Positions 28,732 to 36,122 of a stretch of DNA of 64,000 nt are shown piece by piece (the first letter of the stretch is position 1; each line of letters opens with the position of its first letter). Below the pieces are notes generated by a model, which did no database searches, had not been told where the DNA came from, and saw nothing but the letters and a program-made list of their open reading frames with translations. Origin of the DNA: a virus. The stretch is from the IMG/VR virus record IMGVR_UViG_3300031519_000002; one strand, written 5' to 3'. The position numbers were made by a program, and so were the translations under genes.

Positions 28732-30459
28732 TTATGCCTCTGCCGGGGCTTCTGGTGCCGGGGTGGTTACTGAGTCAGGACCTTCGCCTGCTCCAACAAT
28801 TTCGCCGCCTTCGCCGCCTTCAAGTTCATCAACGCTTGCATCTAGGTCTGCATCCATACCAGCACCTGTAATACCTGCGCCACGCATTTCGCCTGCCGCA
28901 TCAGTAGGTGATGTTGTGATTAACTCATCGTTCTCTTCTTTCCAGTAACGTTCATTTTCTGCAACTTCTGAATCGCTCATTCCTAAGAAACGTTTCATTG
29001 CATATCTATTACTAATAAACGGAATAGTTTGTATTTGTGCAAATGTACCAATACGCTGATTATCTAATTCACTTTGTCTGTAACTTGCAAAGTTTTGTGG
29101 TGGTTGGAATAAAAGATCAAACATTGCAATATCAACGTTAATACCCTTTTCTATTAGATAGCGTTTAAACTCTTGGTTAAACACTTCTGCAATTAGATTT
29201 TGTAAACGTTCGCAATACTTGTTAAAGCGTAGTTCTTGAATATATGCTGTACCTACTCTACCATCACTAATTTGTGCGCCAACGTCATCTTGCGCCGCGG
29301 CTGGTAAGTAACTACTTGGAATACGCAATCCTCTAACAAGTTTGTTAGTAAAGTATTTTAGATCGTCAATCTCACCTAAGTTAGTTCCGCCTGGCAGTGT
29401 TTCAACTTTAGAACCTCTACCTTCAGCAGTTTGTGGGAAGAAGTAATCTTCGTTAGTTGACAAAGGGTTATAAGCTGAGTCTATGACTGATGTTCCGCCG
29501 CCTGTCTTCGATGGGATTCGCCTTTGATGAATTTCCGTTTTAACACGCTCAACAAATTGCATAGCAAGGTGTGATGGCATGTTGCCCACATCAACGTAGA
29601 ATACTCTTCTTTCCGGAGCTCGTTGTGTACGATAGATAATAATCGCATCTTCAAGCAATTCTTTTTGTTTGTATACTTTAAAGATACCTTCAAGTAAACT
29701 GTTACCAAAGGGTGCATTGTTGTCTAACCCTTCTGATAAACTTAGGTGTACCATATGTGCGGCATCAACTGCAATTTCTTTTGTTTTGTCATGCCCAAAT
29801 CTACCAGCACTTGAACCAGAGGTTTGTGTGTTGCCAACCATACCTCTAACGCCACCTGTTAAATATCCGTCTCCACCACCAGTTGCATTACCGTTTGTTT
29901 GGAAAGGAGTTGTAGCTACGTTGTCAATAAAATTTAAGTTAATATCTCTTACAATATATTGCTCAGGAGTTTTACCTTCTGATTCATTAACAATAATACT
30001 TGAAACTTTTGCAGGATCAACGTGATGCCATTTTGCAGTTTCTGGATCTCTAATAAAAAATGCATCGCCGTATTTAAAAACATTACGAACAATTCTAAAC
30101 ATACGTGTACCAAAGTTATTCATTTTAGTCCACTGTTGTAAGTATTGCTCAAGTACTTTAACTTCTGAGTTAGTTGCTATTTTCTTAAAATCAATACTAA
30201 AACTTGTTTTATTGATTGGATTCTGTTGTGAGCAAAATTCAGCAAGAATATCTAGTGCCGCATTTACTTCACTATCTTGATCCATAGTATTGTATTGACC
30301 GTAACGCTCAACTCTGTTAGGAGCGCCTGTGTAAACATCTGGAAGGAAACTGGAGTAATTAGACCTTGCTGGTCCGGGTTGCTGGCCTTGTCCCATACTT
30401 AGCGGGCTACGTGTACCTGCGTCACCTTCAACTGGTGTAAAATATCTTTTCCAACTCAT
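28732..30459 (-). CDS. gp20: portal vertex protein
   Basis: LLEDAIIIYRTQRAPERRVFYVDVGNMP, EDYFFP..EGRGSKVETLPGGTNLGEIDD motifs. Confidence 0.97.
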   Translation of the reverse strand: MSWKRYFTPVEGDAGTRSPLSMGQGQQPGPARSNYSSFLPDVYTGAPNRVERYGQYNTMDQDSEVNAALDILAEFCSQQNPINKTSFSIDFKKIATNSEVKVLEQYLQQWTKMNNFGTRMFRIVRNVFKYGDAFFIRDPETAKWHHVDPAKVSSIIVNESEGKTPEQYIVRDINLNFIDNVATTPFQTNGNATGGGDGYLTGGVRGMVGNTQTSGSSAGRFGHDKTKEIAVDAAHMVHLSLSEGLDNNAPFGNSLLEGIFKVYKQKELLEDAIIIYRTQRAPERRVFYVDVGNMPSHLAMQFVERVKTEIHQRRIPSKTGGGTSVIDSAYNPLSTNEDYFFPQTAEGRGSKVETLPGGTNLGEIDDLKYFTNKLVRGLRIPSSYLPAAAQDDVGAQISDGRVGTAYIQELRFNKYCERLQNLIAEVFNQEFKRYLIEKGINVDIAMFDLLFQPPQNFASYRQSELDNQRIGTFAQIQTIPFISNRYAMKRFLGMSDSEVAENERYWKEENDELITTSPTDAAGEMRGAGITGAGMDADLDASVDELEGGEGGEIVGAGEGPDSVTTPAPEAPAEA

Positions 30460-30483
30460 GTTTCGTTTTCCTAAATTAGTATA

Positions 30484-32763
30484 CTATTGCAAATTGCCTT
30501 TAAGCTCTCTAGTTGCTGTAGTGTTCTTTTTAAATTCGTCTTTTAACTCGTCTATCTTAGTACTTAGCTTATCCCACCAACTATCACCCTCTGCTTCTGG
30601 AGTAGTTGTTGATCCGCTAGTATCTGATGATGTTGTTGATCCGCTTGTATCTGGTACTGTTACTGGTACTGTTACTTCTGGATTAGCTGTAGTTGTACTT
30701 GGTTCTGAAGCTGTTGGGCCTGCCGCTAACTTATTTTTAACCCAGTCTGGGGTCCAGCTAGGTAATGACTTTAATAGCCAGGCTTTAATATTTTCCCAAT
30801 TAAATATACTCGAAATGCCTGCTACTATAGTGTTAAACTTCTTACTAATACTTTTACCTAGTTCAGATGCGCTAAATTTGTCTTTGATTCCTTCCCAATC
30901 AAACACTGAAGCAATACCTGCAAATAGCAAAGTAGCTATTTTAACCCAAGGATTTAACGTGGCTAACATTTTAACTATTAACGTAGTAATTCCTAATCCA
31001 ATAGCTACCCATCCTAAGTTTTCAAATATTGAGCTAAACGCACTACTCAGTAATGGCTTTATTGTATCTATGAATAACTTTTTAGGATCAGTGAATAACT
31101 TTTCAAAGAACTCTACAATAGCAGGTTTGTATTTTGTCCACAGATCACTAAGTGTTGAAAACATACTTGACATTGTTGATATTATGCCGCCTTCACGTTG
31201 ACCGCCTCGAGAGCCGCCTGGTTCGTTTGGTATTTTTTCGCCCATAAACAAATCAGTTATAGATGCTATGAATTTAGTAACTCCATTTTTCATCATAGTT
31301 AAGCCATCACCCTTTAGCCATTCCCATGTTTTTGTAATAGATGGTAATACGTTGTCTGTAAATTCTGTAGATAATTTATCAAACATAGTTTTAGCTTCTT
31401 CACCTGACGGAATTAGATTAGCAATCATATCGCTTGCATCTTTAAAGATTCCACTGTCAACAAACGCGGCTTGTATTTTGCCTTGAATAGTTGCAACTGT
31501 TTCAGCAAAGGTCATTAGTTTTGCGGTAAGTGCATCACGTGCGCCTTGTTCTTTATCTGTGGCACCTTCTTGTGTTGTTTGTGCTCTTTGAAGTTGACCA
31601 GTCACCTGAAGGTATTCTGCCGCACTTCCGCCTGCCGCCATTGCGGCTTGTACACCAGCATCGCCCAGTGTTTTGGCAAATTTCATACCGTCCTTGCCAA
31701 CATTTACAGCAAACTCCGCGGCTTGTTCAGCCGTCATATTCTGTATGTTTTGTGCTTGTGTTCTAAACGTTTCGTTGTTGGCCATTAACTGTTGTGTAAG
31801 TGGATCGTTAGCAACTCCGTCAGCCATATCTAATAGTGCGGCTTCAAGTTGTGGAGATGTTGCAGACAGTGACTGTAAATTGAGGGCAAACTGTTCACCG
31901 TGTTTATTAATAGCCATTTGTCTACGAATGTCTAAATTCTTTGACTTCATTTCTGCTTCTAAATCTTTACGACTCTTACCAGTAAGTCTAGATATTTTAT
32001 CTAGTTCGCTTGAATATTTTAATGAACCATCAATTAATTGTTTATTGGTCATGTTCGATCTGCGACCTGACACTTGCATCATTTCGCTGTAGCTAAGAAA
32101 GTTTTCGTTTAGGTCTTGGCTTGTGAAACCTAATTCCATCATTCGTTGCCCAATTGGACTTTGTCTTAATTCTTTTGACAACCCTGCAAATCGTTTGGCA
32201 CCATCTTGTACAGTGCCGCCGAAGATACGCATTCCTACAGTGTTTTCTGCTATCAGCGCCGCAAAGTCTCTTTGTGGTATTGCCGCCTCACCTGCAATTT
32301 TAGTTAACTCAAACATATTATTACCAAAGCCGGCACCAATAGTTGATAACTCTCTAAATGTTCCTGCTTGTTGATCAAGTACATTAGTTAACGAAGCAAG
32401 TCCAGGAATTGGAAGGTGTTGAGCAAAATCTGTTAGTTGTTGTCCGCCAAATGCTAGTTCTTTTGCTAAACCTGGCAGTGTACCAACTACTGCACCAATG
32501 CCTGCTAATAGTCCGTTAAGTGCTCCGCCTATTACGCCTGTTAATGCGCCGCCAAAGGCTTTAACAGCACCTGTTGATTCTTTAGTTGCGGCAGTGTTTT
32601 TCTTTTTAGATTCAGTGTTTTTCTTATCACCATTGTCAGTTGGTGATTGAGGGACGCCTTTCCCTGCAAGAAGTTTAGCAATTTCTTTAAGCGTAGATTC
32701 AGAAGCCGCATTATTAGCAGTAATTTCTCCTAATCCAGGAATATCTATTTTTACGTCGGCCAT
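30484..32763 (-). CDS. tape-measure-like protein (gp29 analogue)
   Basis: 759 aa, Ala/Gly-rich helical protein with hydrophobic segment LGWVAIGLGITTLIV...IATLLFAGIASVF; divergent from gp26-like gene. Confidence 0.7.
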   Translation of the reverse strand: MADVKIDIPGLGEITANNAASESTLKEIAKLLAGKGVPQSPTDNGDKKNTESKKKNTAATKESTGAVKAFGGALTGVIGGALNGLLAGIGAVVGTLPGLAKELAFGGQQLTDFAQHLPIPGLASLTNVLDQQAGTFRELSTIGAGFGNNMFELTKIAGEAAIPQRDFAALIAENTVGMRIFGGTVQDGAKRFAGLSKELRQSPIGQRMMELGFTSQDLNENFLSYSEMMQVSGRRSNMTNKQLIDGSLKYSSELDKISRLTGKSRKDLEAEMKSKNLDIRRQMAINKHGEQFALNLQSLSATSPQLEAALLDMADGVANDPLTQQLMANNETFRTQAQNIQNMTAEQAAEFAVNVGKDGMKFAKTLGDAGVQAAMAAGGSAAEYLQVTGQLQRAQTTQEGATDKEQGARDALTAKLMTFAETVATIQGKIQAAFVDSGIFKDASDMIANLIPSGEEAKTMFDKLSTEFTDNVLPSITKTWEWLKGDGLTMMKNGVTKFIASITDLFMGEKIPNEPGGSRGGQREGGIISTMSSMFSTLSDLWTKYKPAIVEFFEKLFTDPKKLFIDTIKPLLSSAFSSIFENLGWVAIGLGITTLIVKMLATLNPWVKIATLLFAGIASVFDWEGIKDKFSASELGKSISKKFNTIVAGISSIFNWENIKAWLLKSLPSWTPDWVKNKLAAGPTASEPSTTTANPEVTVPVTVPDTSGSTTSSDTSGSTTTPEAEGDSWWDKLSTKIDELKDEFKKNTTATRELKGNLQ

Positions 32764-32790
32764 ATATTAAGTACTCACATTATCGGTAGC

Positions 32791-32828
32791 CATAAATATA
32801 TACGAGCTACACTACAATAGTATTTAGC
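32791..32828. promoter_or_regulatory. face-to-face late promoters
   Basis: CATAAATA on plus (32791-32798) and GCTAAATA on minus (32828-32821). Confidence 0.65.
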
Positions 32829-32841
32829 AGGAGATATAAAC

Positions 32842-33768
32842 ATGGTAGATAATAACTTCCCACAAAACATGGGACAACCGGGTATTCCGATGGGACAACC
32901 CGTACAACCAGCTGGAAATCCGCTGGCAAAACACTTACGACAACCTAAGATTTACATCAAATTGCCAAGTAACGGTGAGTACTGGCCACAAGCGGCATTG
33001 AAAAAAGTAGAAAATGGTGAGTATCCAGTATATGCGATGACAGCCAAAGATGAAATTACAATGAAGACTCCAGATGCGTTATTAAATGGGCAAGCAACTG
33101 TTGATGTGATTCAAAGTTGTTTTCCTAATGTCATTGATGCTTGGCAGTGTCCATCGATTGACCTTGATGCAATTTTAGTTGCAATTAGAATGGCAAGTTA
33201 CGGCGAAGCAATTGATATGTCAGCAATGGTTCCACAAACAGAAATTACTAAGGACTTTCAACTCGATCTACAGACAATCCTTGACAATTTAACTAACACA
33301 GTATACGAAGATACATTTTCAATTCCTGGATTCAGAGTTCAAATTGTACCTATTACATATAGACATGCAACTCAACAAGCTATCAAGGCTTTTGAAGAAC
33401 AGCGTATCTTTGCTACAGTTAACGATGATGGGCTTACTGAAGAGGTAAAATTAGAACGTTTTTCAAAGAGTTTCAGTAAACTAACTGATATTAATATCAA
33501 TGTAGTTGTTAATAGCGTAGTTGCCATTCAGCCAGAAGGTGATGAGGTTGCAGTAACTAACAAAAATCATCTAAGAGAATTTATTGAAGGTGCAGAAGCT
33601 GGTGTGTTTAATGCTATACAAGCACATATTGCAAAGCAAAAAGATAATTTCCAGCAAAAGCCTATTAAGATGGAAGCTACTGCTGAGGAGATGGAAGCAG
33701 GTGCTCCGGCAACTTATGATCTTCCGATTACATTTGATCAATCAAATTTTTTCGGCTCCGGATCTTAA
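32842..33768 (+). CDS. gp26: baseplate hub/tail assembly chaperone, T4 gp26-like
   Basis: RQPKIYIKLPS, VYAMTAKDE, DLDAILVAIRMASYGE, terminal FDQSNFF motifs. Confidence 0.8.
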   Translation: MVDNNFPQNMGQPGIPMGQPVQPAGNPLAKHLRQPKIYIKLPSNGEYWPQAALKKVENGEYPVYAMTAKDEITMKTPDALLNGQATVDVIQSCFPNVIDAWQCPSIDLDAILVAIRMASYGEAIDMSAMVPQTEITKDFQLDLQTILDNLTNTVYEDTFSIPGFRVQIVPITYRHATQQAIKAFEEQRIFATVNDDGLTEEVKLERFSKSFSKLTDININVVVNSVVAIQPEGDEVAVTNKNHLREFIEGAEAGVFNAIQAHIAKQKDNFQQKPIKMEATAEEMEAGAPATYDLPITFDQSNFFGSGS

Positions 33769-33807
33769 CATGGCCCCTCGATAAAATCCTATCCGAGGTT
33801 AAGGTCC
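33744..33807 (+). promoter_or_regulatory. programmed -1 ribosomal frameshift signal (candidate)
   Basis: Overlapping in-frame heptamers A_AAT_TTT (33744-33750) and T_TTT_TTC (33747-33753); 6-nt spacer; stem GGATCTTAAC (33760-33769)/GTTAAGGTCC (33798-33807). Confidence 0.75.
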
Positions 33808-33983
33808 TAGAAGGTGATGTTAAAGAAATAAAATCAGGCTTATTGAAAATAACCTGGTGGATGCGTGGAGGTATTACTCTAGCAGAAGCATATTATCTGA
33901 CAGTCGAAGACAGAGAATTAATCAACGATATCATTACAGAGAATTTAGAAACTGCTAAAAAGATTAATCAACCTTTTTGGTAA
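33753..33983 (+). CDS. gp51-like segment in -1 frame, probably expressed as a fusion with the gp26-like protein
   Basis: Hand translation RLRILTWPLDKILSEVKVLEGDVKEIKSGLLKITWWMRGGITLAEAYYLTVEDRELINDIITENLETAKKINQPFW*; frame closed upstream by TGA at 33735; no ATG until mid-segment. Confidence 0.7.
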   Translation, partial: RLRILTWPLDKILSEVKVLEGDVKEIKSGLLKITWWMRGGITLAEAYYLTVEDRELINDIITENLETAKKINQPFW

Positions 33984-34829
33984 TTAGAGTTCTTCGCCGC
34001 CTTTGTAAACTGTATACCCGGCTTTCTTAACTGCCGCAATTTCTTTGTTTACATTTGGTGCTTTTTTACCCTTAGGCGCTTTTGCTTTTGCTTGTGTAGC
34101 ATTATCTGCACTACTTGAGTCTGGTGCATCAGCATAAGCACTTTTTTCAGCACCCTTACCAGCGTTTGCGGCCATACCTTGTTGTACAAACTTCTTAATA
34201 GCTTTCATTACCATAGTTTTATCAAGTACTGCATCAGCTTCCATAATTGAGGCTTCACTATACATACTTGCGCCTAACTTTGTAAACTTTCCAGCTTTAC
34301 TACGTCCTACAGTAACTTTACTTGGATCAACGATTGGTTCACCGGCTCCAGTTTTACCGATACCAGTGTCTTGAGGAGTAACTCGTTGCTTTAATGCCTT
34401 AGCCGCACTAGCTACTTTACTAGCACCACTCTTTGCTACGCCTGCAACAGCTTTTGAACCTGCCGCAACTGCACCGCCTGCTACTGCCGCGCCTTTAGCT
34501 ACTTTTTTACCAGCTTTAGCGGCTTTCCTGCTAAAACTTGGATCTGAATTAATATAAGCCATTACAGCTTTTGGTGAACTAACAAAGCCTTTGTTAACTA
34601 AAAATTTACCTAGTGCTTGTGCTGTCATTTTTCCAGTTGGAGAGTTCTTTGAAATAGCATAAAAGTCTTTAAAAATGTTTTTTGCTTCACGTTCAACCTC
34701 TACATCTAACTGTGCGGCTTTACCACTAGCTGTGTTCTTGCCCAATGTACGTTTTGCAAATCGCAATGGTCCTTCGTCAACTGATGTGTCAATTTTTTTA
34801 GATTCAGTTAATATGTCAAATACTTTCAT
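33984..34829 (-). CDS. basic Lys/Ala-rich protein, candidate internal head protein
   Basis: 281 aa; N-terminus MKVFDILTE; own late promoter CATAAATA at 34858-34851. Confidence 0.6.
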   Translation of the reverse strand: MKVFDILTESKKIDTSVDEGPLRFAKRTLGKNTASGKAAQLDVEVEREAKNIFKDFYAISKNSPTGKMTAQALGKFLVNKGFVSSPKAVMAYINSDPSFSRKAAKAGKKVAKGAAVAGGAVAAGSKAVAGVAKSGASKVASAAKALKQRVTPQDTGIGKTGAGEPIVDPSKVTVGRSKAGKFTKLGASMYSEASIMEADAVLDKTMVMKAIKKFVQQGMAANAGKGAEKSAYADAPDSSSADNATQAKAKAPKGKKAPNVNKEIAAVKKAGYTVYKGGEEL

Positions 34830-34940
34830 GTGTTCGCTCCTGATTATTAATATTTATGCTTTCCAAACAATTATCATCGTTAAACGAGTATCATCAATAA
34901 GAATAATTAAAGTTTGCTTTAATAATATATTTATTGTTTA

Positions 34941-35051
34941 TGCGTTAACTTCGTTAACACAAGTTATCGCTAACGCTCAAACTACATATACTTCGTATAA
35001 GTTAAATGATTAATATGATATTATAATAGCATTATTACGAATGTAATAATG
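34941..35051 (-). other. cluster of small hairpins in AT-rich DNA (possible origin/ssDNA signal)
   Basis: GTTAAC-GAA-GTTAAC (34944-34958), TATAC-GAA-GTATA (34987-34999), CATTATTAC-4-GTAATAATG (35030-35051). Confidence 0.45.
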
Positions 35052-35055
35052 TTTT

Positions 35056-35467
35056 AACTTCATGTAGATTGTTTTAGTCAGACGGAACCTGTTACGGCCC
35101 CGTCGTCTTTGAAGAAAAACTTCATGTGAGTTCGTCACAGCCAAGACATTGGAAATAGGTATTTGTTTATACACAAGTTTGATGGGCTCTGATCTTTCCC
35201 AACCTACATCGACATTATGTAACATAAAGGATACATTAAGCTAGTTAATGCAATCTCTATAGTACAATATTCCCTCGCTTCGTTCCTGGTGCTAAAGGGT
35301 TTTTACAAACTATGTTGTGTTTTTCAACTGCCAACAAGCAATCTATATCAACCAGTGAGCCCAATTTGTTTGGTGGCTTCCTACCTCTGGGTAGTCGATC
35401 AATATGTACGTGTGCTTCTATACGAGAGCTTTTTCCACAGCGGTATTACTAAACTGGCCCGCCAACC
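35056..35467 (-). ncRNA. candidate large structured non-coding RNA
   Basis: About 410 nt without a credible ORF; several long-range helices whose G-U pairs only work on the minus strand; see findings. Confidence 0.6.
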
Positions 35468-35902
35468 TTATGTGTTGGAATGTTTTGCCTGTAAGTGTTC
35501 TTTAAGAATTTTTGATCCGCCAACTCTAACATTAATAATACCATTGTAGTATTGATCTGTTTCGAGTACTCTGCGTTCAAACTGCTCTCGTGCCTCTAAG
35601 TAACTTGCTATGCCTCTGCTAGGACAAATATGAATAATTTCTCTTATAAAATTATCTTCGCCTAACTCTAAAACGTCTGCATTAAGTCTGTCACTGGAAC
35701 CGTAATAGGTTTGCCAATCACTTTCTTTAGTGCTACGTCTTTTGTTTTTTTTGCCTTTGAGTGGTTGTTTTGTTACTTTAAATTTTGCTAGTTTTTTGCC
35801 TACGTACATCATGCCATTGGATTTATTTGTTATCAAGTATACAAAAGCTTCACAACCTTCTGGTAGTTCGTCTATTGTGTTACCCTGATAAGTCCATTGC
35901 AT
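35468..35902 (-). CDS. GIY-YIG-like endonuclease (single domain)
   Basis: Likely start MQWTYQG at 35902; AFVYLITN...MYVGKK, YYGSS, YLEAREQ, YYNG motifs. Confidence 0.75.
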   Translation of the reverse strand: MQWTYQGNTIDELPEGCEAFVYLITNKSNGMMYVGKKLAKFKVTKQPLKGKKNKRRSTKESDWQTYYGSSDRLNADVLELGEDNFIREIIHICPSRGIASYLEAREQFERRVLETDQYYNGIINVRVGGSKILKEHLQAKHSNT

Positions 35903-35933
35903 CAAGTACTTACCGTTGCCTGTGTTATTATGC

Positions 35934-36122
35934 CTAAGTCTTGGAATTATGCTTGTCGTGTATCTCATCCATACGAAGTTTGGCAAGAGAGCGTATCTCT
36001 CTTAACCATCTTCTTGACTCTCTATGAGTCCGTACAGAGTTTCTTGCCTCAAACTTTTCGTTTGCCTTAAAATAAGCCATATAAGCCTTAGTTAATTTGT
36101 CGTGTGTATCGTCGTCATTCAT
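35934..36122 (-). CDS. small basic helical protein (possibly Hc1/histone-H1-like family)
   Basis: 62 aa, start overlaps gp46 end; R/K-rich C-terminal helix. Confidence 0.5.
   Translation of the reverse strand: MNDDDTHDKLTKAYMAYFKANEKFEARNSVRTHRESRRWLREIRSLAKLRMDEIHDKHNSKT

Noticed and set aside
35056-35127. Mini CRISPR or guide array from the ACATGAAGTT repeat
   Set aside because: Only two 10-nt copies; no regular repeat-spacer period and no cas gene in the window
35056-35467. tmRNA, RNase P RNA or tRNA
   Set aside because: No tRNA-like acceptor/T arm or CCA end; GGGAAAGATC only loosely resembles the RNase P GAGGAAAGUCC motif and the matching 3' motif is missing
35010-35549. ORFs 35010..35225 (-) and 35289..35549 (+) as protein genes
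   Set aside because: No recognisable motifs or ribosome sites and atypical composition; the region is better explained by RNA structure
35056-35986. Group I intron with homing endonuclease
   Set aside because: A CGACTA resembling the P7 5' strand is present but no downstream TAGTC partner was found, and no interrupted host gene flanks the element; a covariance search is still advisable
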